A DNA stretch of 64,000 bases, from assembly GCA_051362555.1 (NCBI GenBank), contig CM120640.1, positions 16,740,001-16,804,000 on the forward strand. Direction: 5' to 3'. This DNA is from Lingula anatina. Taxonomy: Eukaryota; Animalia; Brachiopoda. Shown piece by piece: positions 1 through 14,411 of the stretch. A model generated the notes under the pieces. That model saw only the letters and a program-made list of their open reading frames with translations, was not told where the DNA came from and searched no databases. Position 1 is the stretch's first letter. The number at the start of each line of letters is the position of its first letter. The position numbers and the translations under genes are program-made.

Positions 1-444
1 ATTTGTTAACCTATCAGATGCATCAGTTCGAAATATCTAGCCAATATCGACCTGCGTGAGCTATCAGTACCTACCATTATAAAGATCTCTATTCAATACA
101 CATATATATATAGAAATTTTGGACCAGCCCTCATCAGGGGATAGAGTCCTCTGAAAATGGCACCTGTCACGGCTAATAGGAATTTAATCAAATTTCCAAT
201 CACACGCTTGGCCCTACTACTATATTATGCTATACCCTAAGCTTGTCGTCGCCGTGTAATGCGATGTAACATGGCGTTAAGTGGGTGTAGTTGTCAGGTT
301 ACGCTGTCTTGTCATTTGTTATCGTCTCTGTGCATAATGCAAGGTCCACTTCACACTGATAGATGACACTTCACTGGTAGTGAGGAATGACAAGCACGTC
401 AACGCCTCCAATTATAAACCAGTGCTTTGTAGCCCCTAGTCCCC

Positions 445-446
<2 letters not shown>

Positions 447-492
<46 letters not shown>

Positions 493-535
493 GTGTGATT
501 GAGTGTGTGTGTTAATGTGTGTGTGTGTCACTGTT

Positions 536-571
<36 letters not shown>

Positions 572-577
572 ACTGTC

Positions 578-615
<38 letters not shown>

Positions 616-652
616 TGTGTGTTTCACTGTCTGCGTGTGTGTGAGAGAGAGA
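447..652. repeat. Compound (CT)n/(GT)n microsatellite
   Basis: A (CT)n run at about 447-488 is followed by interrupted (GT)n runs with a repeated 'cactgtctgc' spacer. It explains the spurious HT/CV-repeat ORFs 436..705 and 503..688. Confidence 0.95.
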
Positions 653-2885
653 GGCAGAGAAAAGGGAAAGGACCATGGCATATGTTGAACTGACTTAATA
701 CACATGGTGATGGTGGGGTGAGGCCATCAACGGTCAACTTTTACTTGTCACAATCGGCAGAAAAATTCTATATTTGTCCTATATTGCTCGTACAAAACTC
801 ACAAATTATTATAATCAAATTGGTAAATGTCATCATATATTCCGAATATAACAATGAAGGGTGTGGCTGCTGCCCTGGGGCGGCTGTTAATCATGATATT
901 CGGCGCCCCATCCTTTCTATTCTTGCGTCGGTTCAGTTTCCTGCACACTAAATTGAAAAAGTGCACAGGCAATTAAAGGTCCTTACGTGTGTCAGATTTC
1001 AAAATGATTTTCACGTTATTTAAAAGCATAAACGTAAACATTGAAATATAAGGACAAGAGGAAAACTATACTGATGGTAAAAGTTGTTGGGGGGGGGGGG
1101 GGGCATATTTTAGACAAATAGAAATATACTTCCTTTCTCTTGAATCAAGCTAATACTAATGCCCATTCCGTACAAAAATATTGCTGGATAAGTAAAAGTC
1201 AGAACGCTGAAATGGGAGACGGTAGTAGCTCAACTTTTTCTTTTAATTTCAACTGGTGATGAAAAAAAGATAAATTATTAAATACGCGTGTAAAAGGAGA
1301 TGGCACTGACAAGGCGGTTGGTCAGTCATATGAAGGATGTTTATGATTGTGGGGTATATAGTAAATACTCAGACCGTGGAGGCCATGTGAAGAGAGAGAT
1401 ATTATCCTAAAATTGCTGCTAGCGTTGCTAAAAGTCGCTTTTTGTATTGTCCGTGCTGAGCGGGAAGAGAAAATGATCATGTTCAACAGGAAAAGAATGA
1501 CATTTAAGTCCGTTGAGTGTCATCCAATTGAGGATGTGCGACTTTGAAAAAAAAAAAGATAATCAAGCCACTTTGGCCTGGTAGTGAAATTTGATTATAT
1601 ATTTAAACATAAACTGTGTAAAAATCGCTTTCAAATAACCACATCTTATAAATTATAATTCAACTCAAACAAGAAAGTCGTAATACATCTCTGAAACGCG
1701 AACTATTACAAACGTGTAGCTTAAAGTGGTTCCGACGAACAACATAAATCTCGTTACACTGGCATCTTTACCGGAGCACTCTTCATCATGAGCAATCTTA
1801 CGTACGAGAATATTGCTCCTACGACCATTATTCAAACAGCGCCTGGTAGATTCCTTGCTTTTTATACGATCTACGGGATATAACCTTACCATGTAGCACT
1901 GTCTGACTAATTCATCCTATATAGTGTATCCTATCTGGACCATCTTTTTTCTTGAATCCTCTCCATGTGATCACCTAAATATTCCGGGTCTACAGGTTAA
2001 TCCTGAGCGATGTTACATTGTGTATAATTCCAATATGGCCATGTCTACTGACAGATAAGTCACAAGTGTCACGTAGAAAATTTAATCCGGGCAAGATCTG
2101 TTGACACGGGTTAAACAGTCTGATGATATCGTCCCTACTTCACAGTGGCAGTTCGTACACCTATCTCTGCCGCCCCAAATTGTACTCCGTCAATACACTC
2201 ACCTCAGGGCCGGTTGTTAGGTTATGTTCAACCCGGGGACGCTGACAACTGTCTTAGTCGAGCTAGATACGCCTCAAATCAAGGGTGAGATCTAAGAGTT
2301 AAGTCAAACACAAGCGTCTTGAATCCACACAAAACCGCTTAAAACTCGTAAACTAGTTTCGGATGCACGTCAAACTCGGAGATTAAGTTGTCATTTAGCA
2401 GTTTCATAAATAACGACTTGTCACTGCTCAATTGATACTGTTGATTCTTCTCAGTAGACAAAAGTAAGATCCCTTACGAGCGTGTCGCGTGTTTTCGGAC
2501 ATACCTTTTTGCGCTTTCAACGCCACTACGAACATTAAGGGCGCCGAGCCAGGTTGACAAAAGTTTTAATCGCCCTTAAAACCTAATAAAGTTAATAAAC
2601 ACTACTCGTGAAGATATACCCCAGCGTGTCATTTCTAGGCGTATCACCTGCCAAATCTGGATTTCATCCAACTATCTACGAGTGTCCTAACTCATTATGA
2701 CACTAGATAAATGATCTGACATGAGGCTCATTTCCTCATTATCATTTTCGTCACATAACAGCGGACGTTAGTTACGGTTTAAAAGCGTTGGGGACATTTG
2801 CCGCCAATATACCCTAAGGGAGCCGGGATAGTATTTTATACTTGATGAAGCACAGGTTTATGGTGCCCCATTCAAGTCAATACGG

Positions 2886-2886
<1 letters not shown>

Positions 2887-2947
<61 letters not shown>
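2887..2947. repeat. (AAT)n microsatellite
   Basis: About 20 perfect AAT units. Confidence 0.95.
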
Positions 2948-2949
<2 letters not shown>

Positions 2950-5900
2950 CAATAAAAAAGAAATGAAATGGACTTCGGGATATAAAAAAACACGACGGCG
3001 TTAACTTATGGTCAGTTCACATCAGAGAAGATCTAGTTTTACTCACAGCGTGTCCAGAACATCTCCTGACCACCACCACTGGGGTATCCACTTACTTAAT
3101 AAGACCACGTCAAAGACAGCAGTGTACCCCAGGTTGCTGGTTGCGATGGACACAACTTTAGACATTCCCGTCCTAGTCAATTTTTTTTCTGCCCAATTCA
3201 TACGTTTCTCTATGTACAATGTGCCGTATATGCATCTGTAATCGGTTCAGTATCTAGCCACTGACCCCATGACTCAATGGCGTTTTCTGCAACTGTATGC
3301 AACTTCACGTCTGGGGTTAATAGCATGCTGCCATTAATATAAAGGCAAGGCAAGTCCTTCTCTAGTAACTAACAAACAGAGGCATTTTCATTTCAAACCT
3401 TTCATGGGTATTTTCGGTACAATCTCATTTCTCATTGTGAAGTGTAAAAGGAGCTATGTCCTTATGCTATACTAAGCTTCATTTTCGTTTAATCACGTTT
3501 AAGCTTCAATTCAACAGTGTAACATTCCTTGCTACGCTATGCAAGCACTGCATTGAGCTTTACATGTACCCTCATTATATCTCCAACCTATGGATGGCGA
3601 AAAAATCGATGCAAGCTGGAGATGTCTGCACACAATACATTATGAACGAGAGGAACGACTTCATATGACTGTATCACTGTTTAAAATAACACAGTACGTG
3701 CGTTTGTATATTACACAGAAACGAAGAAAAGGCTTGAAATGAGCCTGTGTGAGAAATATGAGCATTTCAAAACGGGTAAACTAATACTATACTCTACACC
3801 AACCTTTCCGACGAACCAAGAAGCAATTGGCTGTCAAAATCACGCTTTACTTACCCTGTTACGACCTAATCCGTAATATGTATTCAGTGTCAACCGGTAT
3901 TCTATATTGGACCAGACACGAAGTCAACAAAATCCTTTGTCGATCATCTTGTTTAGGGACATGAAAACGTGGGTAAATAAGCACGAATTGAGAGGAAAAC
4001 TCACCTTCTACAGAGAACAATTCCGTCCTCCATCTTTCAGCCCAAGCTCCATTCTGTTAGCGCAACTCGCTTAACGTGTTGCATGTTATGCTTAACTGGG
4101 CAGGAAACGCCAGGCTAAGCCCCCCTTTAATTCATTTTAATCAATCGCTGAGCTCTATCGATTTAAAGGCATTGAATGAGACCAAAACATTTAGCTCAAA
4201 TGAATTTATTTATATGTAGCACGAAAGCTCTCTATTGCAGCACTCCTTTATGAGTAAGCACTCACGGAATTGAATGTTTTGAATAAAAGAACAAATCTGC
4301 GTGAAGATGTCTTTCAAATGTAACAACACATGTTTGCGAAACAATATTTTCACAGTTGAATATCGATCCCAATCAATGTTTGACTACAGGTGTACGGTAG
4401 AAGTTCTCTGACAGTTTTCAAAGACGCCGTGTAAAAGTTAAGACGGCAAATGCCCCTTAAGTATGGAATACCGTAAACATCCTATTTTCAAGGAAGGTTA
4501 CGTTCACTTATGCAACTATGAGTTAAATTCAAGGCTTTGCAAAACGGGTTTAATGTATTAGCATCGGACTTCAGGTATTTAAATTAAACTACGAAAATCT
4601 TAACTTTTCGATGAAGCACAGCTCATAATGGACCACGTTTGTTTATTTTCTATTTTTTTTTCTCCATTTTCCTCTGTACATAAAAAATATTTTAAAAACT
4701 CTTGGCTGCTCTCGTGACGCACGCACACCTGTGTATCAACAGAGTGGTTATTATTTTGTACAATCGCGTCCTCCTTCACAAACATTGGTTTATATGCCCC
4801 TTTACAGATATGAAATAATGCACAAAAAGTTACCATGATATCAAATGGCATACCAAGAGACCGAGGGGCATGTTATTTTTATCATTGTTTCTTGATGAAG
4901 CGCACGACCTTCATTTGACGCGTTCAGAGAACCAGTCAGGGATATAAATGGTCTTAAGAATTCCATTGGCGATATGAGGGATAAAGGAATTTTGATAAAC
5001 TCTAAATGCGTCCCTCTAAATTTGATAACATTTATATTGAAAAGTTGTGTGCCTCACAAGAAGGGACCGATATCAAGTTAGCAGTAGATAACCGGACGGA
5101 TTTAATCGGTGAGTGCATATGAACAACAGAAATAACCCCCCCCCCCAAAAAAAAAAAAAAAAAGTGCCAATTTACTGATCAAATAGTGATGCAGTAATAA
5201 GGTAGCTTTTAGCATTGTCACACGTCCAAAATACTCACCTGAAAGTCGCTGGCGCCAGACAATAATTACTTAAGTGGCGCAGAACTCTGTTTTTGTTTTT
5301 GACATCTTCTTCATCAAACCTAATTTTATCAATACTATTACCTATTTAGACTTGGCAGGCGATTGATCTTGCTCCAGCAAAAGGGTGGGCTGCCAATCGA
5401 TACACGCTTTCCCCAAGTGTGCTTTCTAACAGACACACTGTGTACTGTCTGGTCCAGCGTTTTATTATTCACAATGTGTCCGGCCACCAAGAAAAGTATT
5501 ATGCTTTTTGTCTCTTTGGGAGAGATTATTTGCTCGCGCGGGATGTTGGGCTGAACGGAATCCGGTCGCCTTAAGTCGCAAGGATGGCCATGTTTCCGCG
5601 AGGAGGCGCCCAGAATATATGCAACAGGGAAACGACCATAAATTAATACTTCGTTTCCTGACAATGATTTTTTAATGCAAGTACAATGTTTTTGGCTCAC
5701 AGTGAAGACACGCCTTAAAGATACAGAATTCCGTCATATCAAAAGCAAAATCTTTAAAACAGTCGTTCTGTCAAAACACTTTACATAACCTCATTATTGA
5801 GATGAAAACTCAGCATGGCGAAAAGGGCACAGAATCAATTTCGCAAATATTTGATGTACAAATTAAGGCAAATTTAGGAGAAATCTCTAATGTGGTGTCC

Positions 5901-8900
5901 ATAACGGTTTGATAATAATGACATATAACCCTGCGTCAGAGTTCACGGAAGTCACAGTTCATAACATTGAGTGTGGTCACCTGTTCCCTGTACAGACATA
6001 CAATTTAATTTAATGCTAAAAAAAACTTACCAGTTTTATATCAACTAATGGATTGTGTCGATATTTTCCTGTGCCGACCGGTTATTCAGCGTCTCGCAAT
6101 ATCCGCAAACAACATATAATACATGAAATGCACTCCAAAGACACTGAAACTGAAAGTCGATAAATAATTAGTCCAACTCTCCGAGAAGACCAGCTTTCTC
6201 GGTGTTCCCCAACATACCTTAACTCTCAAGTCATGCCGAGAACGCTGCGTGTTATGCTATATGCTTGACATCGATTACCCGTTGGAAAAATCAAATACTG
6301 ACAAATTCTCCACGACTAGAAGCTGCACCTTATTCTAAAGCTCCAAATAAGACATATTGATGAAATGACAGGATTTCCAATAAGTTTCCAGAACATCCCT
6401 TTGTGTGATGCAAATCTTGTCATTTCGTAGGGAAAACACAAGCAGGCATATCTGTAAGACTGTGTGGTTCGATCTTCGGTTTTTATACGAGTCTATAATG
6501 ATGGGCACTTATCTGTCGATTATGTAGATGCTTGCAGGAAGATTATCATAAAACACTACTTTAGTATTGGTCTTGAAACCCAAACGGATGAATCAGAAGG
6601 CAAATATATCGCAAAAACATTTACCGTAACGACTTACATCCTAAAATCAATACGGAACAGCTATTGTACAAAAACATCACACAGCCACAGATTTTATAGA
6701 GTAATTAAATTTTCATTACAATGAAATACAAACTACCAATATTGGAGGTTATTCGATTGTGGCCTTTTCTAGCGTGATGATACAATGGATAATTCTTTTG
6801 GTTCTTTTTAACAATAATTTCACTGATGATGATGATTGAATTAGTATGCATTACTAATGTGCCGCGTCAATAATTACTGTTCGAGATCACAGCCATGATG
6901 ATAATTGGATAATAAACATAAATGAACTCAAAATCAATGCAACTCGCACATGACCGTTTTTATAATGTAGCCAGACGGCGAGTCACGAAATCCTGAATCT
7001 CAGAGAGCTGATAGCGACTGACCTCCGCCCAGTATATATATCTCTCAGAATATATGCTGATAATGTGGAAGAATTCAAAATAGACTATGTTTCTCGGGGT
7101 AAACAAATCCACTAGCCACCTTTCTGGCCATTGCACTAAAAAAGAACCATATGCAAAAATATTCCCGGGAGCGAGTAATGCAGTAACATCGCGACGACAA
7201 AGATGTCTGGGATATTTGGAACGATTAACCACATTTAGTCACCATATGTCGCAACATCTGTTTCTTATGTCAAGTATGATGGCTTCATTGAGACTGATAT
7301 TGTTGAATTTTCCCCTACATTTCAGTTTATATTTTATCATCATGTATTTAATAGAAAGTAACACGTTACAATTATGCCACATTTATTATTATTATTATTT
7401 GTATTTGTGTAAGTTAATTACCGGGAGATCAGATATAATGTGAACGACTTTTGCACTTGACTCAAAGAACGTTCAGTATAATGTTCAAGCCCGTAGTTAG
7501 CATATGAGGCAGTGGCATGTAGGGTTGGAGATGGGATGGCATGTCTCGTCACTCTCGTCACTCCGATGTACTGGATGATTTTGTCCTGTTCTCGTCTCTT
7601 TCACACAGGCATCCCCCTCCCTCTTAGCCCCCACTTCTTTCAGGCGTCAAGGGAAACCTCACCTCACCCAACCAGCCCCACCCGAACTTCCCCACCGTTT
7701 ATTTTTTTATTTTTGAATTTGCTACCTCCACCCCTTTCATTCAAGTTAAACTTTGCACCTTACGCATTTCACTATGCATACTGATGGCATATCAGCAGTA
7801 TGCGTAGTGAAATGCACCCCATACGCGAACGACTCTGATGTAGGAAAAGGAACAGGCAATTTCATAATCAGACGACTAAAAATAATTCTATTACACTCAT
7901 TCCAATGCTGCAAATTACAATCAAATGTTGCAGGAGATCCTGTGCAGATTGCGATAGTTGTGACAAATGGCAACAGAAATAAAGTACTTTTTCAGGGGCG
8001 TTTACTGTTTTCTGGATTCGCCCGTTTTGTATTCTTACAGGAATATTCAGTAGACGAAAGTTAAATAACTCGTGTCTAATTTATGTTCTAGTTTGTATCT
8101 TAATACAGAGTGACATGTCATCAGATTCTGAACATTGCTCAGAACCATTATAAATTCGACAGCCCCATGAAATATTCAACCACCAGGATCATCTGAATTT
8201 TTCAAAGCGGTTAATATAATTATACGTGGCAACAAGGCGTATATTTGCATGAACTATATATAATAATATGACTAAAAATAAGTGATTATTTTAAAGCCTT
8301 ATGTAAACCAAACCTATATTTGTTCATGTCTGCTTAGTAGGTCGGTTGTAGGCAAGAAGAACAGAGGTTTTAATTTCTGTCATTTTTCTGGCAATCTGTT
8401 CGTTGGTTCCCCTATCGAAACGACGCGATTTGCGTCATTAAGACGCGGGATGAGCCAGCTGTCACCTGCCACGCGTTTTGTGTTGTAGTGAGGTGGAAAC
8501 TCTCGGATGGGGAGTCACTTACAGATCACCAGACGGTCAGAACACTACAACTGGACGAAGAGGAGCTGGTTTCAGTGATATATTGCCAGGAAAAGACGGT
8601 GAAGCTTTGTTGTAGTTTTGTTGTTTCATCTTAGGTGAAACAGAGGATCAGTTGGTGCTCATGTTATGTAGACAGTGCTTCTAAAGCAGGTAAAGATATC
8701 GACATTTACAGATATTTGATAACTACGAACGTGTGTACATAATTACTACGATCCATTAAACACAATATGAAACATTTAATTTCTTGTAGAATTAGTAAAT
8801 ATTTTGAGCGTTAAGATCTAATTACATTTAAATCGTTAAAACATATTATATCATTCCATATCCACATTTATAGTTTCAATTGTTTATGTAAGTTATAGCA

Positions 8901-10623
8901 TCTCTTTCTGAAGACCCTATTTGTCTGAAGACAAAAATAAGAATAGATTAAGAAAAATTCAATTTCATAGTACGAATGAAAACGATGAACGTTTTGGATA
9001 TGGCCGCAAATTTTTGATGTTATGTAAATATGCGAAAAAAAATCCTTTAAAGTAGAATTATATAAATTCTAATCATTCATTCATGGCAATCCGTTTCGGA
9101 ATCTTTGAATTTTGTTATACTAACCATTCATGTTTACAGGATTCTTACGATTGTTTGTAATTCATACTTAAACTGAACTCGGCATTGTGTATCATTTCTT
9201 TCTTATGCATAATTTCATTCTGTGTCCTGGAGTGTGAAAGTATGTACTTTGTGCAGGTGGCATTGACCAAAGGTCTTCAGTTTTGACTTCCACGCATAAT
9301 GAGTGTTATAAAAACATTGAATTACAATTGGAAAGTTATGATTGGTTCTCTATTAACTGAATTGATAAAGTAGCGTCAAAAATGTAAGAAATTCTATAAT
9401 GTTATTACAAGGCGGGTCTATATTGAACAGTCCATACAAATGTGTTTAATCTAAAAATATTTCATATTTTCTCTTTGGTATGCAGAGCATAGCGAAATTA
9501 TATGGGGGGACGTGCTTTCTTTTCCCCTTCAATATGTCTGTATCAAATTAAGCGAGCTTGTATAAAATTTAACCAATTGATCGTAAAATTATAATCGATT
9601 GCGCTTCAAATCCGTTGACATAATGTGAAAGGGTAAAACATACAAGTAAGAGACGAGACCCTAGAACAACAGTGAGGGGTCAGAGGCAATAGACGCTGGG
9701 TGGCACGCTAGTTCACCTGACAGGTGATTATGCTCCTACAACTAGCTTTAAGGGTTGGTTGGAGCTTCAAACCGTGGGTGAAATCACATGAGACCTGGCA
9801 CTGGGAGAATCCCGCCATTTTTTAGATCTCAGGTAGGAGACATTCTCTGCAAAACGCCATTTCTACGTTCAGTCAAGAAAGGTGCATAGGTTGTTGTTCA
9901 GAATATACTCAGTATTCTTTAAAATGATGTATGAAATGTAAGTAAAGCTTTTATTGTATTCGACAAAAAACTATATGCTGAATACGTATTTGCAGAGTCG
10001 CCAGTTTTATGAAATGGTTGCTGTTAACGAAGCTCTTCAAATATTCAGATGGTGATAGCGAGATAAGGATTCACTTGACCTCTTGTTATCTTTCATTTCC
10101 ATTAGATTTAGATGTACAACGGACAGCACTGTGTACTGTTGTGAAACATCGTTAAAGCTGTAAACTTTAAAAATCATGTAAATGCTTAACACACCATTGA
10201 CGTGTGTATAATTTAGATGTGTAATATGGCTTGATTTGAATATTTTATGTGTTTGAACGGATTTGTATGAGGTTAAGCATAAGGGTTTTAATTTATTCAA
10301 AGAATTTCGAAGGATACTGAGCAGCGCTTTCGACAAACAAAGCAGCAGCACCAGACTCTAGGGAAACCAACCATGAGGAGAACAAGAAGTTGTAGATTCT
10401 TGATGAGAAGAACCAGGCTTCTGGCAAAAAGAAAACTACTGAATCGTCAAAACTGGATCGAAAAATCACGGGATGTTAGATAACGAAGAATCAACTGTAA
10501 ACGGACGGTTCTTGTTCTTCTCACATAGATCAGAGATTTATGGAGGCGAATCCCGAGCATCGTTGCGATTTAAGGGCAGACCAAAATATGGAACCACGCC
10601 GATCTAACACCTATTGCTCCTGA

Positions 10624-10768
10624 ATGAAGATCTCCGCCAATCTTGGTGTTGACGGTCGGTGGGATTTTCGTTCGGTCGCGATACGGTGGAAGAAACAACG
10701 TGCACAAAAGAGTGGCGTGGGAAACGGGCGTAATGAAGAGGAAACTTGGTATGAATGGAGGGAGACTT
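10624..10768 (+). CDS. Candidate coding exon (possible far-upstream alternative first exon; gene assignment unknown)
   Basis: ATG-initiated open frame MKISANLGVDGRWDFRSVAIRWKKQRAQKSGVGNGRNEEETWYEWRET ends at a consensus donor GTAAGT (phase 1). It lies in CpG-rich DNA, with another + strand donor (CAG|GTAAAG) near 8689. No homology recognised. Confidence 0.2.
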
Positions 10769-11711
10769 GTAAGTCAAATCAGTAATTCAAATAATGTGAT
10801 TATTGTCTGGCATCAGCAATGTGTGTGATATATGCCAAATCTTCGTGAATAAATGAAAACTTAAGTGCAGCTCATTAAGGGGCACCATTTTCTCATTGAA
10901 GCGCGTTTTCTAAATGATATGTTCAGATGCCCAAAATTTATTTTCTTTTTTTAACTCTGACAGAGTGTCGTGAGAAACAGCCCAACTTGTTCTGAGGCTG
11001 AATTTTGAAAAACTAGCCAAAAATCATGTAAGCCAACTATATTTATATATCATTCCCAGCATACAAGTTCTTGATTTTGGTACCTAATCATTCTCTGAAA
11101 ACACTTGCACTTACATACACCCAGCCCTTCTTAATGGGGTCACTGCGCGATTGGCGATTGGTAATGCGGTAACCTTCTGGCGATGTATTGTCCCTTAACT
11201 TCCAGTAAGTTACTGTGGGTATACAAGCGATGATGTAATTCCAATTCAGTAACAATTCTGTAATTCAGTAACAACGAATCAAATTGACGTCATCTTGGCC
11301 CAAAAAAATTCCGAAAATAAACAGTCCTCTCCAACGCCATATAGTCCAATTCTAACTCAACACCCACGCTGAAGACCTCATAGTGCATTAGGTCACTGTA
11401 AAGTTAGGTAAATCAGAAAGGCCGCCTGAGAGATTTATTTATCTATTAGCGCTACAAAAAGGGGCATAGAATGTCATTTAATTAAAAAGTAGTGCAAATC
11501 ACTGCACGATAATTATAATTCATCCTTTGACAGGCAGTAGTAGAAAAAGTAGTATATAATAAATGAATTTAGAAAAAAATGGGGAATTTTCAAAAAAAAT
11601 TAATGCTCAATTTGGAATTAACATATATCTAATTTTCATCAATATTGAAGAAAAAGTTACATAAAACGTTTATCATCAAGCCATTTAAATCAGTTATTAT
11701 GCAGACCGCTT

Positions 11712-11713
<2 letters not shown>

Positions 11714-11772
<59 letters not shown>
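11714..11772. repeat. (AT)n microsatellite
   Basis: Perfect AT dinucleotide run. Confidence 0.95.
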
Positions 11773-11774
<2 letters not shown>

Positions 11775-13447
11775 AGGTTTTCGATCTAAAGATCTACATA
11801 ATCTACATCACACAATGGCAAACACGCAGATAAGGGAAATTGTGGTAGTGTGAATAAAGTATTGCGGTAGGTGTGCTTAGCACAATCAATTCACAACCAA
11901 TTGCGTTGAACAGCCGTTGGTCTATTATTGTGTTGGTTTGTAACGTGCTATGTTGCGATTTTTGTGAAAACTCAATATTTCTCCATTCCCCAGATTATAG
12001 TTTAATGAAGGTTGTAGTATAATGACACCACCCCGTCCCAACCCATCTTACGCATACAATTATTAGTATGAAATATTAGACACAGATTGAACATCTATAT
12101 TTGAAATTTTTAATGGACCTTTTTGCGGTTGAGTTCATTATATACAATTCTTATTAAACATGATCTGAATGGCACCGGATGCTTTTAGACGTACAATATA
12201 TATATCAAATCTCATATTTAGCTCGGATAATTTTTGTTTCTGCTCCTAAATGTACACACACATTATAAATAAATAATAAAAAATATCAAAACACATTCTC
12301 TGGCAGTTATACCAAGGACGTATATTGAATATTGGTTATACGTATGCAATCGTTTTGCGCAAAAATAAATCACACAATTTTGATTGTTTGATTTTTCCAC
12401 AGTAACATCGCACTGTGAATGCAATGAGGCCAAGAGCACCGCAGAATTAAATATATCTTTTAACTTGCAAAGTCTCTTACTTATACAGATTGTCTTAAAA
12501 CTTAACTGTCACTGTCTTTTCACACAGTAACCGCGACTGTGATCTTTGTGAAATATAACGGATAGGTCAAGGTTTTGTGGTAGATAAATGCCAGATTTTA
12601 TCAGGATGATTTATCATTATAAATCCCTACAGACAAAACCTAAGAATAACTTTCAAACCTAATAGGGCCCTTTTAGCTCTAAGTTTAGTCTGTCTTTATC
12701 TTACGTGAATCGGTAGTCCAATGAATAAAAATGTTGCGCCTGTTTTATGACAAAGAAGACCTTGCTTATGTATCATAAGGGCACTTACTTCATTTAGTGA
12801 TGATGTACTACATAGATTAATCTTAAACCTAAATAGACCATTTTTTGGTCTAGAAGTTAAGACCAATTTTCCCCAGGTCTTAGGTAAAACCGGTCTCTGA
12901 AAGTGCATAATGATAGACAAAATCAATATATTTATAACCAAATGAAGCAATATTGAACAAAGCAATGATACATGTATATATACTGCTATCCATCAAAACG
13001 ATGGCAGGTGTCATAAAAATGTTTGCGATGGTTTTGTATGACGACAAAAATTGTCAGACAAAGATATTGCACAGGGTGAATCTCATTTGCCCGAAATATC
13101 AGGTACTCAGGCTACCGTCGGACGTCAAACTGCTGCCAACGATATTTATTCGGCTTTTAAAATGTTTCGTAGCAGCGGGTGTTAATTTGATAATTAATGA
13201 AAAATGGCGCACTGGGTGTCAGTTTTAAAGGTTTATGTGAATTAAAATTAAAATGTGTATGTATATACATATGCATATTTATAAATGATACAGTAATTTA
13301 ATAGTAACACATGTCATAATAGAAATAGCCGGAGAAATGACTGAGGGCGTTTAAATTGAATTTCAGTTGGACAAAAAAGAGACATACACCATCGATTTGT
13401 AAAAGCAGCAGAAATGTTTATCACACTAAAAAGAATATTGTCAGAGC

Positions 13448-14411
13448 CAGGCCTTCCCAACTACCAGACTTGGCACCTACGGGTCCAGAATAAACCGGTA
13501 TATCTGACCACACTACCCGTTTTCAAGGTGTGTGTCAGATCGCATAAAAGAGTATCATACCCTATCACAAATTCTGTAAGCCTACCTGTCATCCGGGTAT
13601 CGCGCCTCGTTTTCGTCAAGTAGGAGTCGCATGAATACAACAGACGACTCCCTCAATCAGGGGGTGGAAACGCGCTACTTATATGATTAAGACGAGCCTA
13701 GCCGTCAGTACCGGTTATTGTTTTGTGACCTTGAGGAGCAATTAGGTTTGGTCGTTACGGCACGCATCAACAGTAGTTGAACTACCACACCTGGGTCTTT
13801 TGTTTTTGACAACTGTTCACTCGTCATCGAGGCGCTTGTTCAAGACTACAGGCTGATATCTACTAGTACTACCAGTGGCTTCATTAGTAACGTTCCCACA
13901 ATACTTAAGTTTTCTGTCCGTGCGTACAAACCCTGAAAAAGGACAGCCTCGCTGACGAGAACAATGGACGTTTCTCACCCCTCTCTAGGATTACCCCTGC
14001 CCTCAATCTCGTCCATCCCGGTAGTCACAAAAACATTTAACCCCCGACAGAATATGCTTCTGCTATCAAAATTAGGTATACTTTTCTAAATTAATATATA
14101 AGTTTGCAAGTTCTTATTTACAAAACATCAATGGCTATGTCCGAACCTAAATTTTATGTTAAAAATTGCGGTACTGTCAGATTTGAGCATAAACAGAGAA
14201 AATTGCAGCAGCGCATGAATCTAGATGAGATGCACTACTTTCCAACCCCGCTTAGGATCATTGCTATCACATCGCGCACCAGGCAAAATCGGTGTGGTGG
14301 CTGATACTCTGTAATGCGATCTGACACACACCTTGAAAACGGGTAGTGTGGTCTGATAAACCGGTTTATACTGGACCCGTAGGTGCCGAGTCTGGTAGTT
14401 GGGAAGGCCTG
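13448..14411. mobile_element. Non-autonomous DNA transposon (MITE), hAT-like CAGG termini, ~110-bp TIRs, 5-bp TSD AGAGC
   Basis: 13448-13557 (caggccttcccaactaccagact...gagtatca) is the near-exact reverse complement of 14302-14411. AGAGC flanks both ends (13443-13447 and 14412-14416). No transposase ORF. Confidence 0.88.

Noticed and set aside
436-705. His/Thr-repeat and Cys/Val-repeat ORFs
   Set aside because: These are translations of (CT)n/(GT)n microsatellites.
12398-12580. Two short hairpins cacagta...actgtg resembling RAG/Transib RSS heptamers
   Set aside because: There is no nonamer at 12/23-bp spacing, no TSD and no transposase, so they are too short to support a claim.
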